A DNA stretch of 64,000 bases from Sphyrna mokarran. Lineage: Eukaryota. The stretch spans positions 49,724,001 to 49,788,000 of the forward strand of contig JAGIQG010000014.1 in assembly GCA_024679065.1 (NCBI GenBank). The letters run 5' to 3'. Numbering within the stretch: the stretch's first letter is position 1; each line of letters opens with the position of its first letter. The translations under genes were made by a program, and so were the position numbers. This document shows, piece after piece, positions 1-12,279 of this stretch. The notes under the pieces are model-generated. The model saw nothing but the letters and a program-made list of their open reading frames with translations, was not told the DNA's origin and did not search any database.

Positions 1-359
1 GGCTTGTGCAGCGCTATTCAGATTTACAGATATTTTTTAAAGTAGAATGCGTATGGGGGCACCTGAGAACGGGTTTAAAGGTCGGGTCCGAATTACTTCC
101 AGTTTCAAGTCTGCCCAGCACTTAGAATCAAAATGGTAAAATCTGACCCTTTGCCTCCCAGGCAATTGAGTTTCGCCTCATTTCCTGCTATTGGCACTGC
201 CATTAAATTCTTCCCACTGTGTTGGAAGAGAAGAAGATTTTGATGTGGCAAAGAGATGGAAGGTACAGATATATATCTGTACCTTACCACAGGATATGTA
301 TAAACTATCCACTCAATGAACAAGCAGTCAGGTCCCACACTAAAGGCTCCATTATGTGC

Positions 360-1003
360 CTATGGCTCCTGCTCTGTCCAAGATTGTAAGAAACTACAAA
401 GAACCATGAACGAAGCTCAGTCCATCACGCAAACTAGCCTCCCATTCATTGATTCTGACCACACTTCCCACTGCCTTGCAAAAACAGCCAGCATAATGAA
501 GAACCGCACATACCCCAGACATATTCTCTTCCACCTGCTACCATCGGGAAAAAGATACAAAAGTCTGAGATCACATACCAATCGACTCAAGAACAGCTTC
601 TTCTCTGCTGCCATCAATCTTTTAAATGGACCTATCTCGCATTAAATTGATCTTTCTGTAGCTAGCCTAGCTATGACTGTACATTATAGCTGTACATCCC
701 AGCTTGGGTAACTATCTGTGTGGAGTTTGCATGTTCTCCCCATGTCTGCGTGGGTTTCCTGCGGCACTCTGGTTTCCTCCCACAGTCTGAAAGGTATGCT
801 GGTTGGGTGCATTGGTCATGCTAAATTCTCCCTCAATGTACCCAAACATTGAGTTCTGGAGTGTGGCAACTAGTGGATTTTCACAGTAACTTCATTGCAC
901 TGTTAATGTAAGCCTACTTGTGACACTAATAAATAAACTTAAATTTAAGAAATTTACTTTTCACTGCATATCAATACACATGGCAATAATAAATCAAATC
1001 AAA
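360..1003 (+). mobile_element. Rex1/Babar-type LINE 3' fragment, interrupted by a V-SINE
   Basis: Translation ...LLPSGKRYKSLRSHTNRLKNSFFSAAINLLN resembles the Rex1/Babar ORF C-terminus. Ends in aataataaatcaaatcaaat, the same tail as 19885-21506. Confidence 0.85.
697..945 (+). mobile_element. V-domain (HE1-like) SINE, 5'-truncated, tail type A
   Basis: V-core tgtgtggagtttgcatgttctccccatgtctgcgtgggtttcc; tail ...gtaagcctacttgtgacactaataaataaactt. Confidence 0.85.
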
Positions 1004-1344
1004 TAAAAAATCCACTTTGGGATCTATTTCTTTCCCTCTTCCCGACTACCATTTCTTTCACATGTCTGCAACATTTTACAAGCACCAAATCCATTTTGTC
1101 ACTCTATGACTGTAACGGTATTGCCTATTCAACACCTATGTGATTTATATTTCTTTAATTTAAGCCTTTAGCCACATTCTCAACACAGACTCTCTTTGGC
1201 TAACTGCTAACTCATGGTCAGTGCTGTACTGGGAAAGTAAGCTTGTTATTAAAATAAGTAGACCACATTTCAGCTTGATAATACACTCAGGGAACTAGCC
1301 ATTCCCAGCTCTATTTCACTGGAGTTACAAATTCAGTCTTTAAT

Positions 1345-2072
1345 ATTGAGGGCAGTGCGATTGATATTGTGTTACATGTACTTTGAAGAAGCAGTTAATA
1401 AAGTGCCTCATAATAGATTGATTAACAAACTCAAGCCAGGGGATTAAAGGGCCAGTGGCAACACGGATATAAAATTGTTATGTGTCAGAAAGCAGCAAGT
1501 AACAGTGTATGGGTTGTTTGTAGACTAATCTCTTCACTGGGTTTGCTATTAGGGTCACTGCTCTTTTTGTATATATGAATAGCCTTTGCATTTGCATAGA
1601 AGGGCACAATTACAACGCTTTGCAAAGAACATCAAAGTTGGAAATGTAGCAAACAGCAAGGGGTAAAGTAGTAGGCTTCGAGAGGACGTAGCTGGACAAA
1701 CAGTAGATAAAATTGAATGCAGAGATGTGTAAATTGTTGCACTTTAGGAGACAATATAAATTTAAAATGAGTCAGTACCAATAGTCTATAAATAGACTTG
1801 GGGGTTCAGAAGTTGATTGACTGTTGCAAAGCATATGAGATCCCTGGCTTTATTAATAAAGATAAATCAAGGAAATTATGTTAAACTTTGTAAATTACTG
1901 GTAAGACCTCAACTGGAATATTGTGTGTAATACTTGGTACCACATTTGAACAAGTACATTAAGGGTTGGGGAGGATGCAGAGGGGATTTACCAGAATTAC
2001 ACCTATGATGAGAAATTTTGTTATATGGGGAGATGAGAGAAGTTAGGATTGTTTTCCATAGAACAGAGAAGT
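1345..2072 (+). mobile_element. Old decayed CR1 LINE RT-region fragment
   Basis: Degenerate similarity to the CR1 RT at 57352-58522 (e.g. ggtaagacctcaactggaatattgtg, gatttaccagaat); many stops. Confidence 0.7.
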
Positions 2073-2074
2073 TT

Positions 2075-2372
2075 CTTTATTAATTTCCGGATATGGGTCC
2101 CTAGGGAGCAACTTCCTTAGTTACTCTTGAGAAGTTTGGTGGCAAGCTACCTTCTTGAACCGCTGCAGTCCCTGAGGTGTAGATACACCCACAATGCTGT
2201 TAGGGAGGCAATTCCAGGATTTTGACCTAGTGACAGTAAAGGAACAGTGATATATTTTCCAGGCCAGGTTAGTGAGTGACTTAGAGGAGAACCTTCAGAT
2301 GGTGGTCTTTCCACAGATCTGCTGATCTTTCCTTCTAGCTGGTAATTATTGTGGATTTGGAAGGTGCTGTCG
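2075..2372 (-). mobile_element. 3' end of an older CR1/L2-group LINE
   Basis: Shares ccttcttgaaccgctgcagtcc...acacccacaatgctgttagggagg...ttccaggattttgacc with 61650-62220. Confidence 0.7.
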
Positions 2373-2737
2373 ATGGATTAGAGATCAAAAAGGGGTTTTA
2401 TATATAGAGGCAGGGAGAATAGCTGAGATAATGAATGAAAACTTTACATCGGTCTTTATCAAGGAAGAAGATGGTATTGAGGCCAACTGAAGGATGAGAT
2501 AATTAATACATTTGGTGACCAATTCCCAATTTTCCAGACAATCGTGATTTGCATTCAGAGCTAGCAGGCCAGGGTAATATCCCCCTCACCCCCCACTCCC
2601 CTCCCCACATTGAAGCGAACACTGGGAAGATTCATGAAAATTGTGCCAGGAATAAGGAACTTTAGTTATGGTGATTGTTTGGAGAGGTTGCAATTTTTTT
2701 AGTTGGAGAAAATCATGAGCCAAAGTAGACAGAGAAA

Positions 2738-5700
2738 TTTAGCAGAATTCTTCCTTTCAAGATTAAGTCCCGTGGCAAGGTTGGAGACAGGAAGACTGTG
2801 TGGACATTTATGGAGGCTGATGGGAGATTCCATGGTATCTTCTTCCCCTGGATCCATTAATTAGGCAGCTGGGGGTTTTGCAAACTTCCTGTGACAGGAT
2901 GGGCTGGATGGTGCATGGCCATTTTTAAAAGTTGCTTGGACGTTTGCTCGATATTAATGTCAGGAGATGTGGAAGGGGAGCTGAGGGCCAGCGTCTAAGT
3001 TTAGTGTTGCCTCCTACAAGTGCTCCCAGTCCATGTGGAGTTCCAGAGGAATGTACTTTTTCTGACCTACAAGATGAGGACAAGAAAGCTGAGCAGAGAA
3101 CGCAGCCCTGTGAGGGTGCAGATGCTGTAAGTGCCTGGGGACAGACAAAGGGTTGGTCACAAGTCGCTGGAAGAGGATGAATAACCTCATTCACTCCACC
3201 AGGATATCAGGTTGTTATATAAACGCCTATACATCAATGTGCATGGATACATGGGCTTCAGTGATAATGGCACAGTCTGGTTTCACAACCCCACTGCAAG
3301 TACACTCTGCGATGGAGTGACCACTGTGTCTTCTTCCAAAGACATTGAACATTGCATAGGATGTGGAGCAGTGAGGGGGTGGGGGGGAGGGTGTAAAAGG
3401 GCTTTGGCACACAGAGAGCCAGCAACCTCCACAGATCGGATGCTTGTCTGAGCTTTCTCTTGCATTCCAATGGGCTCAGCATTCTAAAGGGAGCTGGTCC
3501 ACAACCTTCTTGTCCAATTCCTACCACCAATGAAACCTGCCACAGAAAAATGGTCTATCTTATGATGGGAAGTGTGAGAAATGAACCAAATTGCAATGTT
3601 CAGATGCATGCAACATGCAACTCTTCTCAAACCCTGTTATCTTTGAGCAGGGCAAGATCAATTGCAACTGCAGTGAACAGAAGATGGGAGAACATGCCCA
3701 CTTCTGAGGTCTCGCATCGAATTCATGGAGAGGACATCTGAGCTTGCAGGAGGATGATACCATACTGTTTGGTGATTGGATGCTCAGACTTGGACGTTTA
3801 CCCAGTAAGGATCCATCCATTCTATAGGAAGCTGAGGGTTGAATGTGTGTCCATGTTCGAAGTGGCTGAATCTGTCACTTCACTCTGCTGTCTCACTGAC
3901 CCTAAGTGCCTCTGGGAAAAATTCAACCACTGAGCTGACAGACTCCCTCTATAGCCTCAGCAACACCCACAGCCTAGAGAGGAGCCAGAAGAAGAAACAA
4001 GCTAAAAGCCATTCATATGTACAGCTGTTACAACAGACCTGCACCCTCCACAAGCTCAGGAACACACACGTCATTGGGTATCATAAGAACACAAGAAATA
4101 GGAATAGAAGTAGGCAGCCTGGCCCCTTGAGCCTGGTCCGCCATTCAATAAGATCATGGCTGATCTTTTTGTTGGCTCAGCTCCACTTAGCTGCCCGTTC
4201 ACCATTACCCTTAATTCCTTTACTGTTCAAAAATGTATCTATTATTGCCTTAAAAATATTCAATGAGGTGGCCTCAACTGCCTCACTGAGCAGGGAATTC
4301 CACCGATTCACAACCCTTTGTGTGAAGAAGTTCCTCCTCAACTCAATCCTAGATCTGCTTCTCCTTATTTTGAGGCTATGCCCCTAGTTCTAGTTTCACC
4401 CATCAGTGGAAACAACTTCCCTATTTCTATCTTATCTATTCCCTTCATAATCTTACATGTTTCTATAAGATCTCCTCTCACTGGTGGATTAGGAACGCTG
4501 TCACAATCTAGAAGTTACTGCATGAATACATGTCCACAGTAAGCAGAGATAGGTTCAACCGAGCTCTTTGGCACTCAGAGAACTGATGGGGAAAAGGTAT
4601 CTGTGAGATCCGAGTCTGAAGATGACCCTCTGGAATCAACATACAAACTGATAGTGGAGAAGCTGAGTGATATCAGGCAGAGGTGTTGGAAGCCTTCAAC
4701 AGAATGACATGTAAGTTGGAGGAGACCCCTGAAGTGGTGCAGACATTGAGGTCTCCATGGGAAGATTGGCAGATCTCATGGATACTCTGATACAACAAAG
4801 TGCCTAGTTTCTGCCAGACTGCTGCATAGTCCTGCATTCCACTGTGGCAGCCATGAGTGAGTTCCTGCATTGACTACATGAGGCAGTGACAGGTCACCTC
4901 AACCTTCCTCTAAGTGCCCTTTCCCCTCAAGAAGTCAGGCCAGAGCCTTTGGGCAATCAAAGAGATGAGGAGAAGCAGCTGGGTATACCTGTGTTATCCA
5001 CTTCAAATTCCCAGAGTTTGTCCACTCCCTCCAAACTGTCTTTGCCTATGAAGTTTACGATCTCATCCTATGTCAGGGCAGAGGGAACAGCCACAGGAGG
5101 ATCCCAAAGGAACCTGAGCCCTGCAAGCTCCACTGTTACAAAGGCAACAGGCCAAATAAGTGGACAGACTGCCTCCATCCCTGCTGAGGACGACGATAAT
5201 AAAAGAGATAGTCAGAAAAATTCTAGAAACTGTGATCACAACTGGTTGCATGGCTCAACAGATAATTGTCACAAATTATGCATTCTCTCCGCTGTCTATT
5301 GCTAGCACTTCAGTACCCCCTGCTGCCTTCCATGCCACATCCCAAAGATTCCATCCCTGGAAGTAGATCAATTCTGTGCTGAAATCCTTGGAAGGAGTTT
5401 GGGCCATGGCAAAGCCCTGGAAGATGGTTCAAAGCCTCAGCCAAGCTCTTGGAAGTTCAAAGCCTGAGTGAAGCTAAAGCTGCTGCAAGAACCCTCCCAC
5501 CTTCCGAAAACTGCTTCGCAAAGAAGTTCCGTGGATGCAGCTCCACCCACCGTGCGATATAAGCGTTCCTCCAGGATTCAATAGCTGAGGGCTTCCATTA
5601 TCTTTTTCTCATCAAGTGTCCGCAAGCTGAGCAATGCCGTGAAGATAAGGCCTGACATTTGCACGCTGTGCTGGCCATGGTGTCCTGGGCTGCGTGTTCT

Positions 5701-5925
5701 CCCATTGACGTAATGGAGAATTGGGCATGGGGAAAGATCATGTGCATCCTATTATCAGGATGCAAATCAATTTTCACCGAAGTTTGGTGGGATTCCTGAA
5801 CTCTCAAGGCAGGCGACATCAGAAGATCCCGCTGTCACTTCGTGCTGGCATCAAACTGCTGCAAGGTTTCCCCCTCATCCACCCCAGCACCCACCCACGC
5901 ACCCCCATCAGTGGGGACATGGGTG
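2738..5925 (+). mobile_element. Decayed PIF/Harbinger-derived element with Myb/SANT-like relic
   Basis: About 3040-3203 gives, across frameshifts, QRNVLF...ADAVSAWG...RWKRMNNLIHSTR, the Myb/SANT-like motif of Harbinger DNA-binding ORFs. Interrupts a CR1. Confidence 0.6.
4082..4478 (-). mobile_element. CR1 3' fragment nested in the Harbinger relic
   Basis: cataagaacacaagaaatagg tail; aagaagttcctcctc...ttattttgaggctatgccc encodes the CR1 C-terminal GHSLK/RRNFFTQRVV motif on the minus strand. Confidence 0.85.
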
Positions 5926-6859
5926 AACTCCATCCACTGTGCAGGGATCAAGAATGATAGGACACAGATTTAAAATAATTGGCAAATGAAGCAAAAACAA
6001 CATGGGGAGAAGAATTTTTGCACAGCGTGACTGAGGACTGGAGCGCATTGTCTGAGAGTATGGTGGGGCCAGGATGGATTGAGGCATTAGAAAGAAAATG
6101 CAGGGTCACAGAGGGAAAGCACGAAATAAATTGTTTATTTAGAAAGCTGATGTAGACATAGTCAGCCGACAGTCTTCCTTCTGCTCTGTAAAAATTCGTT
6201 TTTTTATAATCATTGATAAAAGTATTGGAGTGCGGATAAACTCCTCCTTACAACACAGTCGGTTGCTTTGATGTGGAAGCAGATTCAATGAATGGAGAGA
6301 ATAGACTATTTAGATACTGCTGATGTAGACAGGGTGGACTAAACGACCTCCTACTATTCTGTAAGATTCTATCATTCCATGTCCTTTAATGTAAAACTTC
6401 TTGGATTCACGCAGATACTTTTAATAAAGATCTTATGCAAATATATTTAAATAGCTAACTGCTTCTAATTTGCCACATTCATGAGTCGGAACAAATTATT
6501 TTTCTGATTTAAATAACTCTCAGAAACATTACAATGTAATGTATTTCAAATATTCCGCACAAGTGCAACATTGCTTACTCCAAAGAAGGTTTCCAGCCCC
6601 TCTTCAATGTTCTTTATGGCCAGGATTTTCCAGCCCCAGTGCAGTAGGTGCTGCCATGATAGGTGCAGTGAGGCAGCCAGAAGTCTACTGACTTTGGTGG
6701 GACTGGAAGATCATGCCCAGTGGGACTGGAAAACCTTGTCTTTTATTTCTTTTTAAAGCTCAAATTGAATTAAAGTGAAGTGCCCAATCAGGCATCTTGA
6801 AGCTATCTTTCCAGAGTTATTTATAAACACCTTTCACAAACAGAATCTTGCAAAACTAT

Positions 6860-7640
6860 ACGCAGAGCCAGTGGAGGTCTAGTAGCTTTTGTTATGCAGA
6901 CAAACAATTTATGAGCAGCGAGGTCCCACAAACAACTGTGACCTACATAAGTAGAGGGTATGAGGGAACTCTTTCTTATTTTGGAGTGCGCTGTCTCGGA
7001 GGATGGTAGAAGCAAGTTGCCTCACATTCTTAAAAAAGTAGCTGGATGAGCACTTGGCATTTAATTGCATTCAAGGTTACAGGCCAAGTGCTGGTAAATG
7101 GGATTAAGTGGAAAATCAGACTTATCACCCGTATTGATACAGACTGCACTGTATGATTCTATGATTCTAAGTTAATCCAGCTTGATTGTATTGGTTGAGG
7201 GGTAAATGTTGGTCAATGGCTCAAGAAGGTGGCTCACCCTCACCTTCTCAAAGGCAATTGGAGATGGATTGCATATGCTTGCCTTGCCAATGACACCCCA
7301 CATCCCTTGAAAGAATATAAGAAAGAAGCCTACTGCTTTTCTTTAAAAATGTCACATGTGCACCTGAACAGGTAGGAATAATTTCATTCGAAGGGCATGA
7401 TTTTCTGGCCACATTCACCCTGGAAGTGGAAAATCCTGTCCAAAATCAACGGACCTTTCCATTGTTCGCCCATCAGCCACTATGATTCCCATGGTGGGTG
7501 GGATGGAAAAATTCTTCCCCAAATGTCAGCATTGTAGCTACCCTACGGCACTGAGCCTACATTATAAACTCCAGTCACTAAAGTAGGGTTAAACTGACAA
7601 ACTTTCAGAATCTAGAGCTTTACCACCTGAGACAAGCTGG
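6860..7640 (-). mobile_element. Fragmented Deu-domain SINE with nested CR1 tail, LINE tail and MITE
   Basis: Pieces are reverse-complementary to the SINE at 24605-25035 (gcagcgaggtcccacaaacaa; ggttgaggggtaaatgttgg; agcctacattataaactccag). Confidence 0.55.
7393..7520. mobile_element. ~125-bp Harbinger-type MITE
   Basis: Ends ggcatgattttc / ggaaaaattcttcc; internal tcaacggaccttt shared with 22896-23022 and 25615-25736. Confidence 0.65.
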
Positions 7641-8784
7641 CAATTAATTTTATCTGAAATTTACAAGTCACAGCTTTATAATTGTTAAACTTGACAAAGT
7701 CTTTTTGAATTTCTGCTCCCAGCATAGTGCCAAGACCACTTGTCAGGAATTCAATGAAAAGGCCAGTGGGCCCTTGGGATTAAAATTAATGTTTGGTAGC
7801 TCTTGTTCAGCATGCTAAACTCTACACACAACTTGCTGGTATGTACCCTTACCGCACAATGCTCTGCACTGCAAAGGCAAATTCATAATGTCTACCTCTG
7901 TGATTCTTTGTTAAACACCTAAGGAGTTTCATGCAGCATTAATAAGCTTTCTCCTAGAACATACATACACAATGAACCTGCAACGGTAGAAGTTCTGATT
8001 ATTTCATTGCACTCTTCATATCCCAGGGAACAAGTGAAACTTTATGAGCTATTTCATAACCAGCTTCTAGTTTTAGATAGTTGTGCATCTTAGCTAATAG
8101 CTTGTGATGGATAGAAACATAACAAAATAAAATTACAAGGTACAGAAGTTGAACTATTCAGTTCAAATTGGGATCTTTTATGAACTTTATATTCCTCCAC
8201 AGAATTTCAGTGTTGTTCTGCTGTGCCAGTGCTGTGTTTTACATCGCGTATTCAGAGTGCAAACAGTGATGTCACCTATCATTCATGTCAGTGTAGTAGC
8301 AATTTCATTTCTATGTGGATTACAACAACTGGCAGGATATTAATATCTATGTCACAGCTGTTGTTTGCATTCGGAGGATGCTGGTACTGAGCATCTATAT
8401 GAGGCTAGATGCTAATCCCAGTAACATAGAGCCAGCTATAGAGCTTTGAAAGTGCTAGTGCTCAGCAAAAATGGTCAAGTCTGACCTTGTTATATTTTGG
8501 AATGTTAGGAAATTAACATACATAAAGTTGGTGTCATTTTGACTGCATCTTCTCATACAGCTATGGCCTTGAGATTCATCCTGTTACAAAAGGATTCCCC
8601 GCGCTGTTTACTTTTATAGTTGTTTTGCGATATTTTAAAAATTACACTTTTTGTAAAGCCAATTCTGATCTTGAGTAAAATTTGTGTGGGGTACGATCTT
8701 ACCTGCTCACTATATTGGTTGATTACATGGTGAGCCAGTAAGATTGCGTGCAACGCCAAAAATCCCACCCAGCTCAAACCAGCA

Positions 8785-9645
8785 GATAATCTTCCCGGCC
8801 CTGTTTTGGCAGTGGGAATGGGAGTAAAGCCTGTCTGCATGGGATTGATTCAATCCCATTGGTGTGTCCAGGACGGCATCTTCTGGCCATCTGGAATCTT
8901 CTCTCTTGCCGACATGAACTCAGGTCGGTGAGAATCACTGCTGGTCTCCATCAGTGGAGACCAGGTTTCATGGTCATGTTAGGAGGACAACGAAGCCCAC
9001 AGGTGGTCAGCAGCATGGTCGGTCAGTGCCAGTTAGGCAGCATCAACCTGGCAATGCCCACCTCGCATCCTGGCACTGCCCACGTGGAACGCTGGCAATG
9101 CCTGGGGCAGTGCCACTCAGTGTGGCCTAAGTGGAGGTACAGTCTGAGTGGGTGTGGGCTATGACTGAGGAGGAGCATGCAAAATGACGGGGAGATTAAA
9201 CAGGGAGCAGCTCTGCAAGGGATGGTGTTTATGCAAGGGGGCTCTGTAATGGGGAGCATTGCAAGGAGGGGGTATTTGCAAAGGGAGCTCTACAAGAGAG
9301 ATGTCTATACGGGGGTGCTCTGTCAGGTGAGGGCTATATAAGGAGTCTATGCAAGAGGGGGCTATGCAAGGGGAGATGCATACAGAGCATCCATCAGAGA
9401 CTCATCAGGAAAGCCCTGATGCTGGCAATCTATATTGGTGTGGGTAAGAACATGAGGTGGGGAGGGATTGTCTGATACCCGTGGGGAGGCCTGGTAGGGG
9501 ATAGTGGGGGGGGGGGGGGGGGGGGGGCAATGGAGGACGCCTTGTTATTTGAGAGATGAGGGCGCCCTGCAAGTGGCACCCCAAACAATCAGCAGCCAGC
9601 TTCCCTGGAGCACTTAGGCTGACAGAGTGTGGGAAGATTGCAGTG
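8785..9645. mobile_element. Non-autonomous DNA element with internal degenerate ~16-bp repeats and G22 run
   Basis: Inverted ends aatcttccc / gggaagatt; GC-rich interior; ggggctctgcaagg-like repeats at 9200-9380. Confidence 0.55.
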
Positions 9646-11122
9646 CCAACTTACCAAAAAACCAGCATGAAACACTCCTGCTTTCAGACTTTTATGACAA
9701 AGTTTACACCATATATCTTTTGGATGGTTTGCTTTTAACAAGCCTTCGACAAACAAAAGTTGTTTTTGTCCTTAACTTCTTTAATTTTGTGGAGTTTTGT
9801 GAAATTAGACTCCTCAAATCAACTGTAAGTAGCCATTAACATTTTGTATTTACATTTATATTTACTCTATACTTCATTATCATAAAAAATTCAGGAATTG
9901 ATATTGCAAAAGACTGCGATTCAAGATAAAATCCTCCTTTTTGAGTAGTAGTGGTTCAGTGCTTAATAACATTTTGATTTGCTATTCTCAATGTTAATGT
10001 AACTGTTTCTTCAGGATGATGAATGAGTATAGACATTTGATTTTATTGCACAGACTCGTTTATCCTTAAAATAAATGCTTAACAAGATAACAAAAGTTGT
10101 TTGTAATAATAGGTGCATTTTTTATTTTGCTTTAATCTTTGGGATACGTAATTGCCCAAAGCTCTAAGGATACAATAACCAGACATTGCTGGCATGTTAG
10201 GAGAGTCTGTCTGCTTTCTGCATCTTTCAATTACTGTCACATTAAACAGACGTCTTCAGACAACTCCTTTCTTTTGATGTTATCTGTTCTCTGTTTAATA
10301 ATATTTGCTTCTAATGTGATACTACCTGGTTACTTACACTTCCCTGAATATTATATCATTTTGTTAGATGTGCTTTGCTGTTGTGCAATAACATTGTTTT
10401 TTTTAATAACCTAAGTTTTCCATTTTGTAAGGAATTAAATTGAATGTTGCACTTTTTGTTTGGTTTTAAGTAGAATTTTATTTAATATATCAAAAGTGTA
10501 TTAAGAAGCCAGGTTACAGCTGCAAACAAAAGTCTGCTTTCAGCAGAGTACATCATTTTCCAGTGCCCAGCAATCCAAATGTGCAAATACTAACAGCTTG
10601 TGCCAACTAAATTGTACATCGTGAAACCTAGAAGAACAGTTCATTGTATAAATGAAACCAACAACCATCAGTGAGATCTATAGAAATATGTTTAGGAGAG
10701 AATTATTGATTGTTTCAATTAAAAAGCTTTGGGTGGTAATAAATACTAAACTTATATTTGATATAATAAATACTAAACTTCTATTTCCTCAGGGTGTAAA
10801 ATATTACAAAAGTAATGACATTGTTAAGCTGGTGGAGATTCCTAAAATGATTTGTAAATTTGGTACAAGCTGCATTATTATTGCCTCTAGATGATGTCCT
10901 TTAAGTAGTAAAGTCAAAGAGGACAAAAGCAACTGGAGAGTTGGTAGATAATAAATCCTTCACAAGGATTTTAATGCTTTGAAATGTGCTTGTCGATTTT
11001 GTTTGCCAAGGAACAGTTGGTGCTTCCCTCAAGGTAGATTCCACTTGAACCTGGTGATTGATATTCAGATCTGCTATTATTTCTTGAACTGAAATGAAGC
11101 TATCCAAATCTCAACAGAGCAG

Positions 11123-11692
11123 AGGCCAGGATTCTCCAGCTGTTCATGTCAGCTGAATCCTCCAGTCCTACTGTCAGTGAGGACAGAGAATTTGGTGCTC
11201 AGCCAAAATGAAGATTTAGCTGAGCGCCAAATTCTACGTCTTCATTGGCAGTGGCGACGGGGCATAAATGGGCTGAGAATTCAAGGATCTAGCCATTCCC
11301 TGGCTGGGAGGGTGATGGAGATGGGCTGCCTCACACCCTTTAAAAAGTCTCTGGATGAGTACGTGGCACACCGTAACATCCAAAGCTGTGAATCAAGTGA
11401 GATTAAGTGGGCAGGTCGAGGGCTTTCATGCATTGGTGCAAACTCGACGGGCTGAAGTATTCTTTGATCCTGTGATCTTTGCTGATCTGATTCCTACTCT
11501 TGACAATCAACCTAAATTATCTGATGGAGTGGCATTTTGAATATAAAACACATAATAAACTTTACATCTAAGATACACAGTCAACATCATAAAATTCCAG
11601 AAGAGACCCAAACACATTGCGAATAACCTGAACAGGCCAGAAAACCCGCTGCAGAGGTGGCAGGCGGGAAGGTGCTGGAAAATCCCAGCCAT
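11123..11692. mobile_element. MITE-derived segment with internal hairpin and nested CR1 tail
   Basis: Termini ggccaggattctccagc / gctggaaaatcccagcc are inverted; hairpin at 11187-11236; CR1 3' fragment at ~11293-11490. Confidence 0.55.
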
Positions 11693-12279
11693 AATGTGAG
11701 AGCTTCAGTGTCAATGTGGAGCCAATATGACAGGAACCTAACTCTGTTAGCATATTGGACAACTGCTCCTCAGAAAATGAGGCTTACAAAGGGCCCAAGA
11801 TGCTGGGTGCAATATGCCCCAAAGTGGTAAAGAATGCAAAAAGATCTGGTTCGTGAGGCAGATATATTAAACTTTCCATTTTTATTTTAATTATGCTCCT
11901 CATTTGATAATGCAATGGGACTGTTTAATCCTCACTCTAGCTGAACATAAGGTGGTCATGAATATCAAAGTGAAAACTCAGGCACTCCTACCTTACAGGT
12001 CAGGCTGAACTCAAATTGACTATGGCTTACTAATATCTGTTTTATGCTGCTACCAAGACCTAAGTTTCTCGAGTCCCTCCTTATTGCTACAGCTTCCCAT
12101 TTCTCTAGAAGACTTTTTCTGCACATTCTCTAGGTTTTAATGGCTATATCAGATTGCAGATTGCCCAAAACTATAAACATTGACTATAGCTAGGCCAATA
12201 TATTGTATAACTTTCTTATAACATCTTTATTTTGCATTCTATATCCATTTTCATACATATTAATCAGCCAAAATGAGAG

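Larger units (their letters stand above)
2615..6195 (+). mobile_element. CR1 3' fragment split by a ~3.2-kb insertion (pieces ~2615-2737 and ~5925-6195)
   Basis: CR1-like ...aaagtagacagagaaa at ~2735 resumes at ~5925 with ...gggatcaagaatgataggacacagatttaaaataattggc. Confidence 0.65.

Noticed and set aside
3839-4387. 182-aa ORF
   Set aside because: Chimeric frame crossing a Harbinger relic into antisense CR1; no coherent domain.
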